DNA from: a virus
Virus record (IMG/VR): IMGVR_UViG_3300024991_000028
Direction: 5' to 3' (one strand)
DNA: 39,674 bases
The stretch's first letter is position 1. The number at the start of each line of letters is the position of its first letter. This document shows positions 7,829 to 17,308 of the stretch, in pieces. A program made the position numbers and the translations under genes. Below the pieces are notes generated by a model. It searched no databases. It was given only the letters and a program-made list of their open reading frames with translations, and was not told the DNA's origin.

Positions 7829-10800
7829 GCACGTACACCGCGGGTGACATCGCCGTCCCGATGGTCCCGTCGTTCGGCGGGTTCTTCGAGGAGATCACCT
7901 CTCGGATCAACTCGTTCTCCCCGCCGGACATCGTCATCACCCCGGTCGTGGACACCAACGAGGCCGAGGACCAGATCTCCAGCCCCGGCATGGTCGCCGC
8001 CGGCGTCGCGGCAGGCGCGCTGATCGGCGCCGCGCTGGTGAAGGCCCTGGGCGACGCGATGGACTTCTCCGCGGCGAACGGGAAGCTGCAGGCCCAGCTC
8101 GGGCTCTCCTCGGCCGACGCCGGCCGGTACGGGAAGATCGCCGGGGAGCTCTACAGCCAGGCCTACGGCGAGTCCATCGGCGACGTCAACGACGCCATCC
8201 GGTCGGTCCTGCAGTCCGGCGCCCTGGCAGCGGACGCGACGGACGCCCAGATCCAGGACGTCACCGGCAGCGTGCTCAACCTGTCGACGGCGTTCGGGGT
8301 CGACGCCACGGGCGCCGCGAACGCCCTTGGGCAGGTCATGCGCACCGGGCTGGCCCCGAACGCCGAGGTCGCGCTCGACGTCATCTACCGCGGCTTCCAG
8401 TCCGGCGCCGATAAGGCTGAGGACTTCCTCGACACCCTGAACGAGTACGGCACCCAGTTCCGCAAGCTCGGCCTCGACGCCGCCGACGCGACGGGCCTGA
8501 TCACGCAGGGGCTGCAGGCCGGCGCCCGCGACGGCGACCTCGTCGCCGACGCGCTCAAGGAGTTCTCGATCCGGGCGATCGACGGGTCGGAGTCGTCGAA
8601 GACCGCCTTCCAGGGGCTCGGGCTGTCGGCGGAGAAGACGACCGCGCAGATCGCCGCCGGTGGACAGGGCGCGAAGGACGCCCTGGGCCAGGTCCTCGAC
8701 CGGCTCCGCGCGGTGAAGGACCCGACCGATCAGGCCGCGATCGCGACGGGGCTGTTCGGGACCCAGGCCGAGGACCTCGGCGCCGCGCTGTTCGCTCTGC
8801 ATCCCGAGACAGCGGCGGCCGGGCTCGGGCAGATCGGCGGGGCGGCCGACGCGGCAGGTGAGGCGCTGATGACGCCTGCGGCGCGGATGGAGTCGTTCCA
8901 GCGGACCCTGCAGACCACCGTCGTCGACCTCATCGGGGGGAAGATCCTCCCGATCTTCTCCACGCTCATCGACTGGGGCACAGCGATCTTCAACTGGGGC
9001 CCCGTCCCGGAGATCCTGTCGTTCCTCGCGACGTCGGGCGGTGTCGCTGTCGGGCTGCTCCTGGCCGTTGTCGGCGCCACGAAGGCGTGGACCCTCGCGC
9101 AGGCCGCGCTCAACATCGTCATGAACGCCAACCCGGTCACCCTGATCGTCCTGGCGATCGGTGCGCTCGTCGGTGCCCTGATCTGGGCCTACAACAACGT
9201 CGAGTGGTTCCGCGACTTCGTCCAGGCCGCGTTCCGCGTCGTCGCCGACGTTGCGACGTGGCTGTGGCAATCGGTGTTCAAGCCCGCGTTCGACGGGATC
9301 GCCGCCGCGGCGACGTGGCTGTGGCAGTCCGTGCTGCAGCCGGTGTTCTCGTTCATCGGCAAGGCCGCGCAGATCCTGTTCGCGGTCATCATGACCGTCC
9401 TCGTCGGGCCCCTGATAGTGGCGTGGAACCTGCTCGCCGCCGCCGCGACCTGGCTCTACGAGAACGTGCTCGTCCCCGTGTTCGACGGCATCGGGGCCGC
9501 CGCGACCTGGCTGTGGGAGAACGTCCTCAAGCCCGTGTGGGACGCGCTCGTCGCTGTGTGGCAGAACGTCATCGCTCCTGCCGCGCAGTGGCTCTACCAG
9601 AACGTGTTCCTGCCGATCTTCAACGCCATCGGCGCCGTCGTCGAGTGGGTGTGGCTGAACGTCATCAAGCCCAACCTCGACGCCCTCGTGTGGCTGTGGC
9701 AGAACGTCCTCGCGCCGGTCCTGAACTGGTTGTGGCACAACATCTTCGAGCCCGCCTTCCAGGGCATCGGCACGGTCATCTCGTGGGTGTGGACCAACGT
9801 CATCAAGCCCACCTTCGACGCCATCGTCGCCGGCGTGAACTGGGTGAAGGACGGCTTCTCCGCCGCCGTCGACTGGATCGGCCGGATCTGGGACGGCATG
9901 AAGCGGCTCCTCGCGAAGCCCGTGAACTTCCTGATCAACACCGTGTGGAACAACGGCATCCTCAAGGCGTGGAACTGGGTCGCTGACCTGCTCCCCGGCG
10001 TCGAGCCGGCCAAGGGCCTCGACCCGATCCCGGAGTACGCCGCCGGTGGCCCGGTCCCGCGCGACATGCTGCTCCGCGCCGGTGAGGCCGGGCCGGAGTA
10101 CATCCTGTCCGCGCCCGCGGTGAAGTCCCTGGGCGGCCTCGGCGCGGCCGATGCGCTGCACCGCAAGCTGATCGCCGAGCAGGACGTCGAGATCGGCGCC
10201 GGTCTCGGCGGGGTGTCCGGCTCCAGCTCCGTCGGCGCCGGCGCTGGTGGCGCGGTGTGGCAGGCGCTCTGGAATATCATTCACGGCGCTTTCCCCACGG
10301 CGCGGCTCACCTCGAGCGTGCGGCCGGGCGCGGCCGACTACCACGGCGCGGGGAAGGCGATCGACATCGCCGGGCCCCGCTCGGGCGACGCCCCGTTCAT
10401 GCTCGCCGTGGACCGCTGGATCGCCAGCAACTACCCGGGCTCGACGGAACTGATCCACACGCCGGGCATCAACCTCAAGAACGGCCGGCCCTTCACCTAC
10501 AGCCCCGGTATCCAGGCCCAGCACTACAACCACGTGCACTGGGCGATGAACGGGTTCCCCGGCGCGGCCGGGTCGAACGCCGTCGGGTTCTCCGGGTCCG
10601 CGGTCGGCTACAACTGGTTCGAGATGAAGGTCCGCGACCTCGTCAACTCCGCCACCGACGGGCTCGCCGCGCTCATCCCGTTCCACGCCCCGCCAGCCTT
10701 CCTCGACATCCCGAAGAACACCCTGAACTGGGGTCGACAGAAGGTGCTCGACTTCCTGGTCGGGGAAGGCCAGAAGGAAGACGCGAAGTCGTCGGCAGCG

Positions 10801-11367
10801 TCCTCGTACACCGGCGGCGCCGGGGTGGAGCAGTGGCGGGGCCTCGTCACGCAGGCCCTTGCCCGGCTAGGGCTGTCCGCGGGCGACGTCGACCGGACGC
10901 TGCGGCGGATGAACCAGGAGTCGGGCGGCAACCCGCGCGCGATCAACAATTGGGACTCCAACGCCGCCCGGGGCACGCCGTCGAAGGGCCTGATGCAGGT
11001 CATCGACCCGACGTTCCGCGCCTACCGGGACCCGTCCCTGCCCAACGACATCTGGGACCCGATGGCCAACGTCGTCGCGTCGATGCGCTACGCCCGCGCC
11101 CGGTACGGGTCGCTCGCCGCGGCGTATGACCGGCCCGGCGGCTACGACTCGGGTGGCTGGCTGCCGCCCGGGCTCTCGACGGTCTACAACGGCACGTCAC
11201 GCCCGGAGGCGATCCTCACCCCGGAGCAGTGGGACAAGGTCCGCCCGGGCGGTGGTGACGGCGCGCAGATCACCCTGCAGGCCCGCGAACCCATGTCGCA
11301 GTCGGAGATCTCGCGGCTGGCCGACGAGGTCGTCCGCAAGCAGGCCTGGGCCAGGAGGACCGGATGA
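7825..11367 (+). CDS. Tape measure protein with embedded LAS-type zinc peptidase motif and SLT lytic transglycosylase domain
   Basis: 1180 aa, GTGA overlap, Trp-rich internal repeats. YHGAGKAID (H-x6-D) plus HVH, and MNQESGGNPRAINNWDSNAARGTPSKGLMQV. Confidence 0.93.
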   Translation: MSTYTAGDIAVPMVPSFGGFFEEITSRINSFSPPDIVITPVVDTNEAEDQISSPGMVAAGVAAGALIGAALVKALGDAMDFSAANGKLQAQLGLSSADAGRYGKIAGELYSQAYGESIGDVNDAIRSVLQSGALAADATDAQIQDVTGSVLNLSTAFGVDATGAANALGQVMRTGLAPNAEVALDVIYRGFQSGADKAEDFLDTLNEYGTQFRKLGLDAADATGLITQGLQAGARDGDLVADALKEFSIRAIDGSESSKTAFQGLGLSAEKTTAQIAAGGQGAKDALGQVLDRLRAVKDPTDQAAIATGLFGTQAEDLGAALFALHPETAAAGLGQIGGAADAAGEALMTPAARMESFQRTLQTTVVDLIGGKILPIFSTLIDWGTAIFNWGPVPEILSFLATSGGVAVGLLLAVVGATKAWTLAQAALNIVMNANPVTLIVLAIGALVGALIWAYNNVEWFRDFVQAAFRVVADVATWLWQSVFKPAFDGIAAAATWLWQSVLQPVFSFIGKAAQILFAVIMTVLVGPLIVAWNLLAAAATWLYENVLVPVFDGIGAAATWLWENVLKPVWDALVAVWQNVIAPAAQWLYQNVFLPIFNAIGAVVEWVWLNVIKPNLDALVWLWQNVLAPVLNWLWHNIFEPAFQGIGTVISWVWTNVIKPTFDAIVAGVNWVKDGFSAAVDWIGRIWDGMKRLLAKPVNFLINTVWNNGILKAWNWVADLLPGVEPAKGLDPIPEYAAGGPVPRDMLLRAGEAGPEYILSAPAVKSLGGLGAADALHRKLIAEQDVEIGAGLGGVSGSSSVGAGAGGAVWQALWNIIHGAFPTARLTSSVRPGAADYHGAGKAIDIAGPRSGDAPFMLAVDRWIASNYPGSTELIHTPGINLKNGRPFTYSPGIQAQHYNHVHWAMNGFPGAAGSNAVGFSGSAVGYNWFEMKVRDLVNSATDGLAALIPFHAPPAFLDIPKNTLNWGRQKVLDFLVGEGQKEDAKSSAASSYTGGAGVEQWRGLVTQALARLGLSAGDVDRTLRRMNQESGGNPRAINNWDSNAARGTPSKGLMQVIDPTFRAYRDPSLPNDIWDPMANVVASMRYARARYGSLAAAYDRPGGYDSGGWLPPGLSTVYNGTSRPEAILTPEQWDKVRPGGGDGAQITLQAREPMSQSEISRLADEVVRKQAWARRTG
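9240..9860 (+). repeat. Degenerate tandem coding repeats inside the tape measure gene (W-[LV]-[WY]-x-N-V units)
   Basis: ATWLWQSV, ATWLWQSV, ATWLYENV, ATWLWENV, VWQNV, WLYQNV, WVWLNV, WLWQNV, WLWHNI and WVWTNV. The 17-nt string gcgacgtggctgtggca occurs at 9253 and 9310. Confidence 0.7.
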
Positions 11368-12290
11368 GGCTCGTGACCCTCGACGTGCTCACCGCGTCCC
11401 ACGGCCCCACGCACGAGCAGTACGTCGACGCCGACGGCACGACATGGATCTGCACCAGCATCAAGGGCTGGCTGTCCGCGCCGGCGCGGCGCACCAAGCA
11501 CACCGAGCGGACCACCGGCGACGGCGCGCACCGCTCCGCCGCCTACCGGCAGACCCGGTCGATGTCGGTCGAGGGCCGCATGTTCCCGGCCACGGACGCC
11601 CAAGGCTGGGCCGCGGCGGAGCGGCTGCTGGCGATCTGCCCGGACCCGGGCGAGCGGTACCCGATGGTCGTCGACGGCGCCACGCACCCGCTGCTGGCCT
11701 ACGTCGAGCAGGCCGGGGAGGTGCTGTGCGACCAGACCGGGCCGCTGCAGTGGGACTGGTCGGTGCCGGTGATCGCGGCCGACCCGTACCGGTACCTGCC
11801 GTCGTGGACGTCGGTCGGGCCGTCCTCGGCCGGGTCGGACGGGGTCGGTGGCATCGTCACCGCGTCGCCCGGGATCACGACGAGCTCGCCCGGTATCGCG
11901 ACCGGCACGGCCGCATCGCTGGCCCAGGCCACCGTGTTCGGCGCTGGCACGGTCGACAACCAGCTCGTGCTGCAGGTGACCGGCCCAACGTCCGGGGTGC
12001 AGGTCGCAGACCTCGCCGGGACGTCGATCGTCGGTGTGCGGGGCACGGTCGCGGCAGGGGAGTCGGTGTTCATCAACTGCAGCGCGCGGGTCGCGTTCGA
12101 CGTGCCGGGCTGCCCGGTGCCGATCCCGGCCCGCGGGGCGGTCATCGGGGCGTCGAACGCGCGCGGCGCGATCTGGATCAGCGGCGGGTGGCCGCGGCTC
12201 GGCCCGGCCGAGCAGCGCACGTTCCGGCTCACCGGCGCCACCGGCGCGGGGTCGGCGCTGACCGTGCACACCCGCGGTACTTGGGTCTGA
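11364..12290 (+). CDS. Distal tail protein (Dit-like minor tail protein)
   Basis: ATGA overlap with the tape measure stop, 308 aa. First gene after the tape measure gene. Confidence 0.62.
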   Translation: MRLVTLDVLTASHGPTHEQYVDADGTTWICTSIKGWLSAPARRTKHTERTTGDGAHRSAAYRQTRSMSVEGRMFPATDAQGWAAAERLLAICPDPGERYPMVVDGATHPLLAYVEQAGEVLCDQTGPLQWDWSVPVIAADPYRYLPSWTSVGPSSAGSDGVGGIVTASPGITTSSPGIATGTAASLAQATVFGAGTVDNQLVLQVTGPTSGVQVADLAGTSIVGVRGTVAAGESVFINCSARVAFDVPGCPVPIPARGAVIGASNARGAIWISGGWPRLGPAEQRTFRLTGATGAGSALTVHTRGTWV

Positions 12291-12306
12291 GGAAGGGAAC
12301 CAGAAG

Positions 12307-13428
12307 ATGGGCGCATCGTCGGCGAGCACCACGGACCCGTGGATCTCCAACCAGAAGGTGGTGTCGGCGGAGGCGCGGCTCGCGCTCGGCGCCACGTGGG
12401 GCAAGGCGCCGGGCTCGTCGGTCCTCGCGGACTCCGGTGTCGTCGAGGGCGCCGGGCCGTCGGCGTCGGTGTCGGGCAACAACATCCTGGTGACCGCCCA
12501 CCAGGCCATCGTGGAGGCGGCGCTCGGCACGTACGTGTGCACGTCGACCGCGACGATGACCGTGCCGATCGACACGCCGCTGCCGACGTCGGGGCAGTCG
12601 CGCTACGACATCATCTACGGCGAGGTCGTCGACAGCTCCGACTCGGCCACCTACCGGCTCAACACGGTGAAGGGCACCGCGTCCGCGTCGCCGAGCATCC
12701 CCAGCGCGCCGGCGAACACCGTGCCGCTGTTCCGGGTGCAGGTCACCAACGCCGGCCCGCAGACACCCGTCGCGATCATGGCGTGGGCGCGGGCGGCGGG
12801 CGCGTCGCGGCTCGTCGAGACCGGGGACACCCGGATCGGTGGCTACGTCGGGGAGCGGCGGAAGTTCCGCAACGGCCGCGAGGACGTGTGGACGGGGTCG
12901 GTGTGGCTGACCGTGACCGCGCCGACGTCGTGGACGCAGGACCCGGCCGACCTGTACTTCCGGGGCACCGGTGGCGGTGGGTCGGGCCCGGCGGGGACCG
13001 CGGACCTCGGGCCGGGCGCGACGAAGTTCGTGAAGTGGAAGCTCACCGGCAAGGACCTCGAGTTCAAGTACATCTTCAAGGTCGGGAGCGGCGTCGCCGG
13101 GATCGGCATGGGGTCGGGGGAGATCTACACGACGCTGCCGGGCGGTATGACCTCTGCGGCGTACGCGCAGTGGTTCGAGGCGACGCTGTGGGTGATCGGG
13201 CGGGCCGGGGTGAACAACGCGTTCTACTGGCCTGGTGGGCGGGCCGTTGTCCCGGCCAACTCGAACCAGATCAGCCTGTACTTCCCGCGCGCCAACAACG
13301 ACATGCAGATGCTGCCCTACCTCGTCGCGGCCGCGCCGGGCGTGCCGAACCAGTCCGTCCCGTACGTGGCCGGCGGGTTCTCCGACCCCGGTGAGGTCAC
13401 GATCTACGGGAAGATCGAAGTGCAGTGA
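12307..13428 (+). CDS. Minor tail protein
   Basis: 373 aa after GAGGAAGGGAA. Ser/Thr/Gly-rich beta-type sequence in a baseplate position. Confidence 0.62.
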   Translation: MGASSASTTDPWISNQKVVSAEARLALGATWGKAPGSSVLADSGVVEGAGPSASVSGNNILVTAHQAIVEAALGTYVCTSTATMTVPIDTPLPTSGQSRYDIIYGEVVDSSDSATYRLNTVKGTASASPSIPSAPANTVPLFRVQVTNAGPQTPVAIMAWARAAGASRLVETGDTRIGGYVGERRKFRNGREDVWTGSVWLTVTAPTSWTQDPADLYFRGTGGGGSGPAGTADLGPGATKFVKWKLTGKDLEFKYIFKVGSGVAGIGMGSGEIYTTLPGGMTSAAYAQWFEATLWVIGRAGVNNAFYWPGGRAVVPANSNQISLYFPRANNDMQMLPYLVAAAPGVPNQSVPYVAGGFSDPGEVTIYGKIEVQ

Positions 13429-14540
13429 GCGACGACCTCGACTACGAGGTGCTCGTCGCCTACACCCGCACCGGGCAGGTCGTCGACGGCATCGACCAGC
13501 CGGACTGGTCGTTCGAGGAGAACCTCGCCTGGGCGAGCCCCGGGAAGCTCTCGCTCACCGTGCCGCTGCCCGGGCTCGATCGGGCCGGGCAGATCCTGCG
13601 GTCGACGCTGCGCGGCATCGCGTCGGCTGGCTGCGGAGTGTCGCTCGTGCTGATGCGCGGCGACGACGCCCTGTGGGCGGGCCCGGTCGCGACGCTGGAG
13701 TGGACGGACACCTCTGTGTCGGTGGGCTGCTCCACGATCGGGAAGCTGCTCGACCGCCGCGTCGTCGTCGCGGACGGCTACTGGGCCGACCCCACGAACC
13801 CGGCGGCCGACCTCACGGTGGCGCTGCCGCCGCGGGATCTCGTGATCGAGCTGCTCACCCGCGCGATCAGCGGGTCGCGCCGGGACCTGCCGATCGTGCT
13901 GCCCGCGCAGTCCGGGAACTCCGGCGACCCCGTCACCTACAAGGGCGTGGACCTGCGCACCACCTTCGAGGCGGTCAAGGCGGTCGTCGAGGCCGACGGT
14001 GGCCCGGACGTGCTGATGCAGCCGCAGATGTCTGCGGACAAGTCGCAGCTGTCGTGGGGCGCCGCGATCGGCACGCCCGACCTCGGCGGGCTCAACAGCG
14101 ACGCCGTGTGGGACTACCCGCTGACCACGCTGTCCGGGGACGTCGACGACTCCGAGACCGTGTCGACCGCCTACGTCACCGGCGACGCCGCCGGCGGGGC
14201 GTCCACGGCCCGCCCGATCGGTGTTGCGACGTTCGACCGCGGGGACCCGTGGCCGGCGCTGGAGCGCGCGGACCGCACGTCGACGTCGGAGACGCGGAAG
14301 TCGCAGCTCGACGCGCTCGCCGCGTCCTACGGCGAGGAGTACCGGTGGCCGGTGGAGGCGGTGACGCTGGGTGCGCCGACGGACCTGCTGCCGCTGTACC
14401 GCACGACCTGGCAGCTGGGCGACACGGGCACGTTCCCGTTCACCGGGCACCCGTGGCTCGACGACGGGGAGATCAGCGCCCGGATCGTCGGGGTCTCGGT
14501 GGACCCGGACACCACCTCGTTCACGACGAAGGAGAGCTGA
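13425..14540 (+). CDS. Minor tail protein
   Basis: GTGA overlap, 371 aa. By recollection it resembles actinophage Gp37-like tail proteins; not verified. Confidence 0.6.
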   Translation: MSDDLDYEVLVAYTRTGQVVDGIDQPDWSFEENLAWASPGKLSLTVPLPGLDRAGQILRSTLRGIASAGCGVSLVLMRGDDALWAGPVATLEWTDTSVSVGCSTIGKLLDRRVVVADGYWADPTNPAADLTVALPPRDLVIELLTRAISGSRRDLPIVLPAQSGNSGDPVTYKGVDLRTTFEAVKAVVEADGGPDVLMQPQMSADKSQLSWGAAIGTPDLGGLNSDAVWDYPLTTLSGDVDDSETVSTAYVTGDAAGGASTARPIGVATFDRGDPWPALERADRTSTSETRKSQLDALAASYGEEYRWPVEAVTLGAPTDLLPLYRTTWQLGDTGTFPFTGHPWLDDGEISARIVGVSVDPDTTSFTTKES

Positions 14541-14541
14541 C

Positions 14542-15108
14542 GTGGGACGGATCGGGGCGCCGACTTCGGAGGCCAGCGTCGCCGCCCGCGACGAGGCGCG
14601 GCTGCGTGAGCTCGACCGGCGGACCGTCCGCGCGCAGGCCGCCGCGCAGAACGGGCCCCGCGGCACCGTCGCCTGGGGCGAGCGGGCCGGCGCCGGGTTC
14701 ACCTTCGCCGGCCTGGTTCGGACCGCGGTGATGCGCCTGGCCGTCGACGTGACCGTGGGGCGGCAGTACCGGCTCACCGCCCGGTGCGGGCTCTACGTCA
14801 CCGGGGCGGGCGACTCCAACATCACGCTGTGGTTCCACGCCACGACCGACGGGTCGGACGCGACGACGACGTCGCCGACGATCCGGCAGACCGCGCAGAC
14901 CACCCCGGCCAACGCCAGCGTCCGCGACGGCGTCATCAGCCGGCTCTGGCAGCCGCCGTCCGGGGCGTCGCGGCTGAGCCTGCTGTTCGCCCTGGAAGGC
15001 GCAGACGGTGCCCGCACCTACGGCATCTACAACACCAGCCCGTGGCTCGCGCAGGTCGACATCGAGGACCTGGGCGTCGCTGTCGCCGCCTCCGGGACCG
15101 ACTTCTGA
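14542..15108 (+). CDS. Minor tail / receptor-binding-like protein (paralogue of 18764..19459 C-terminus)
   Basis: GTG 14542 is internal to ORF 14371..15108 and lies just after the upstream stop. The C-terminus (..VDIEDLGVAV..) shares a motif and 19 identical nt with 19412-19430. Confidence 0.6.
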   Translation: MGRIGAPTSEASVAARDEARLRELDRRTVRAQAAAQNGPRGTVAWGERAGAGFTFAGLVRTAVMRLAVDVTVGRQYRLTARCGLYVTGAGDSNITLWFHATTDGSDATTTSPTIRQTAQTTPANASVRDGVISRLWQPPSGASRLSLLFALEGADGARTYGIYNTSPWLAQVDIEDLGVAVAASGTDF

Positions 15109-15149
15109 CCGGTGAAACGGGGCCCGGCAGGTAGCATCCCGGGCACCGG
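15109..15149 (+). terminator. Imperfect GC hairpin after the tail block
   Basis: CCGGTG..GCCCGG-loop-CCGGGCACCGG immediately after the stop at 15108. No T-tract. Confidence 0.3.
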
Positions 15150-15213
15150 CCCACGGTGGCCGAAGCCCCGCCCCTGGTGGCACCACGTCTGGTGTCGAGA
15201 AGGGGCCCCGCCG

Positions 15214-15405
15214 ATGGCGCGCCACGAACTGGACCTGCAGGCCCTCGCGTTCCGCGACGTCCCGCCGGAGCAGGTCACCACCGACGACATGATCGGGCAC
15301 TTCGTCGTCCGCGGACACGAGCCGCTGCGCGCGGTCTCCGAGCTCACCCTGCCCGGCGAGTACGAGCTCGCGCAGTGGGACCTCGGCCGTGAGGACGCCC
15401 GATGA
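15214..15405 (+). CDS. Hypothetical protein
   Basis: Internal ATG of ORF 15112..15405 after GAAGGGG, 63 aa, ATGA overlap with the endolysin start. The start could instead be 15112. Confidence 0.45.
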   Translation: MARHELDLQALAFRDVPPEQVTTDDMIGHFVVRGHEPLRAVSELTLPGEYELAQWDLGREDAR

Positions 15406-16172
15406 GCCTCATGGTCGCGTGGCTGGCCGACGCCGCCCGCCTCACCGGCTACCCCGTCGCCGAGGTGTCCGGGTGGCGCAACCGCGGCCACGGCGGCATG
15501 ACCGCCGTCGAGGGCGTCGTCTGTCACCACACCGCCGGGCCGCGGACGGGGGAGTACCCGTCGCTGCAGGTCGTCCGCGACGGCCGCTCCGATCTGCCTG
15601 GGCCGCTGGCGAACCTCGGGATCGGCCGGTCGGGCACCGTGTACGTGTTCGCCGCCGGGCTGGCCTACCACGCCGGTGCCTCGACCTGGGCCGGGTTCTC
15701 CGACCTGAACTACCGGTTCCTCGGGATCGAGGCCGAATCCGCCGGCACCGGGGACTGGACCCCCGAACAGGTCGACTGCTACCCGCGGCTGGTCGCAGCG
15801 CTCCTCTACTACATGCGCCGCAACGCCGACCGGGCCTGCGCGCACCGCGAGTGCGCCACCCCGAAGGGCCGAAAGATCGACCCGACCGGCATCGACATGG
15901 GGGCGTTCCGCGCCCGGGTCGCCGACCTCCTTGCCGACCCCCTGCACCGCATCCCGCGCACGTCCACGACCTCCGGAGGCTTCCTGATGGCACTGTCCGA
16001 CGCCCAGCAGCAGACGATCCTCGAGGCCGCCCAGTCCCAGCTGTTCGGGAAGGCCGGCGTCCGCAACGCCGGCGAGGGCGCGCTCTACCTCGCCGACCTG
16101 CGGGACAAGGTCGAGGCGGTCGAGGACAAGCTCGACGCGATCCTCGCGAAGCTCGACGGCAAGGCGGTCTGA
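15402..16172 (+). CDS. Endolysin, N-acetylmuramoyl-L-alanine amidase (amidase_2/PGRP type)
   Basis: VVCHHTAGP..., YHAGAS, FLGIEAES and CAHRECATPKGRKIDP match amidase_2 motifs. The C-terminal 70 aa is a coiled-coil-like tail. Confidence 0.88.
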   Translation: MSLMVAWLADAARLTGYPVAEVSGWRNRGHGGMTAVEGVVCHHTAGPRTGEYPSLQVVRDGRSDLPGPLANLGIGRSGTVYVFAAGLAYHAGASTWAGFSDLNYRFLGIEAESAGTGDWTPEQVDCYPRLVAALLYYMRRNADRACAHRECATPKGRKIDPTGIDMGAFRARVADLLADPLHRIPRTSTTSGGFLMALSDAQQQTILEAAQSQLFGKAGVRNAGEGALYLADLRDKVEAVEDKLDAILAKLDGKAV

Positions 16173-16173
16173 C

Positions 16174-16536
16174 ATGCGCCGCGAACCCGCGCTGCTCTAT
16201 GTCGGTCTGCTGGCCCCGGTCGTGCAGGTGCTGGCCGCGTTCGTGTTCGACGCGAACCCGACCGTGCAGGGCGCGGTCAACGCCGCTGCCGTCGCAATCG
16301 CCGGCGCCGTGACCGCCGTCCTCGTCCGGACCGACAGCATGGTCCCGGCGATCCTCGGTGCGGCGCAGGCGGTCCTCGCGCTGGTCCTGGCGTTCGGGGT
16401 GCAGTGGGACTCCGAGCAGCAGGCCGCGCTGATGGGCCTGGTCGGCGTCGTCGTGGCGGTCGTGGTTCGCGACCGCGTCGAGGCGCCCGTCCCGGCCGTC
16501 GTCACCGCCCCCGCCCCGCAGCTCGACGGCCCCTGA
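16174..16536 (+). CDS. Holin-like membrane protein (about 4 TM segments)
   Basis: 120 aa, four hydrophobic Ala/Val/Leu-rich segments, immediately after the endolysin gene. Confidence 0.72.
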   Translation: MRREPALLYVGLLAPVVQVLAAFVFDANPTVQGAVNAAAVAIAGAVTAVLVRTDSMVPAILGAAQAVLALVLAFGVQWDSEQQAALMGLVGVVVAVVVRDRVEAPVPAVVTAPAPQLDGP

Positions 16537-16541
16537 CCGCC

Positions 16542-16889
16542 GTGCTGATCCGCTGGCTGGTCCGCCGCTGGCGGGCCCCCGACCGCATCGAGCGGGCCCT
16601 GCTCGAGGTGGAACGCAACACGAAGGAGACACGGAAGATGGCAGAGCAGACGAACGCCGCGCTGGCCGAGCTGGGCAGCGCGATCGACGAGGTCGCCGCC
16701 GAGCTCGACGACGTCACCGCGAAGCTCGACGCGGCCCTGGCCGACGACGCGACCGTCGACCAGGCGACGGCCGACCAGATCCGGGCCGCCGCGACGCGGC
16801 TGCGCGGGCTGCGGCCCGACGACGTCCCGGCCGAGCCCGAGACCCCGGCCGAGCCCGAGGCGCCCGCCGACGGCGAGCCGCAGGCCTGA
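16542..16889 (+). CDS. Hypothetical coiled-coil protein
   Basis: GTG 16542 is 5 nt after the holin stop. GC3 is very high from 16542, so the longer form is preferred over ATG 16638, which follows AAGGAG. Confidence 0.52.
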   Translation: MLIRWLVRRWRAPDRIERALLEVERNTKETRKMAEQTNAALAELGSAIDEVAAELDDVTAKLDAALADDATVDQATADQIRAAATRLRGLRPDDVPAEPETPAEPEAPADGEPQA

Positions 16890-16894
16890 CGCCC

Positions 16895-17308
16895 GTGGCC
16901 GTCCACACCGACCTGACGATCTACCAGGGCGACACCTACCTGTCGCCCTGGTGGGTCGTCGTCGTCGACGGCGCAGGGATCGAGCTCGCCGACCCCGACG
17001 CGGGGTGGACGGTCAAGGCGCAGGCCCGCCGCGACGGCGAGGTCGTACTCACCTGGGCGACGACCGGTTCCACGACCGGCGCCCGGATCCTGACCTCGCC
17101 GTGGACCGGGGAGGTCGACGGGCAGCCCGTGCAGACCTCCGCGGTCCGGCTCTACCTGACCCCCGCGGCCACTGCGCTCCTCGAGGCGAACCGCTCCCTG
17201 GCCTTTGACATCGAGCTGAACAACCCCGACGCCGGCCCGCTGGACGACCCGTACCGGGTCACCCTCGTCGTCGGCGCGATCTCGGTGACGAAGGACGTGA
17301 CGGAGTGA
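16895..17308 (+). CDS. Hypothetical protein, probable tail-fibre-associated
   Basis: 137 aa, beta-rich (TIYQGDTY..). First gene of the fibre block downstream of lysis. Confidence 0.55.
   Translation: MAVHTDLTIYQGDTYLSPWWVVVVDGAGIELADPDAGWTVKAQARRDGEVVLTWATTGSTTGARILTSPWTGEVDGQPVQTSAVRLYLTPAATALLEANRSLAFDIELNNPDAGPLDDPYRVTLVVGAISVTKDVTE

Noticed and set aside
9240-9860. Periodic repeats checked as a possible CRISPR array
   Set aside because: The repeats are degenerate, in frame and inside the tape measure ORF, with irregular spacing. There are no unique spacers and no cas genes anywhere in the window.
7510-10686. 1058-aa ORF on the minus strand, the longest after the tape measure gene
   Set aside because: It lies exactly antisense to the tape measure gene. 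The translation is Arg/Gly/Pro/Asp/Val-rich with no motifs, the usual shadow ORF of very GC-rich DNA. The + strand frame has clear tape measure features.
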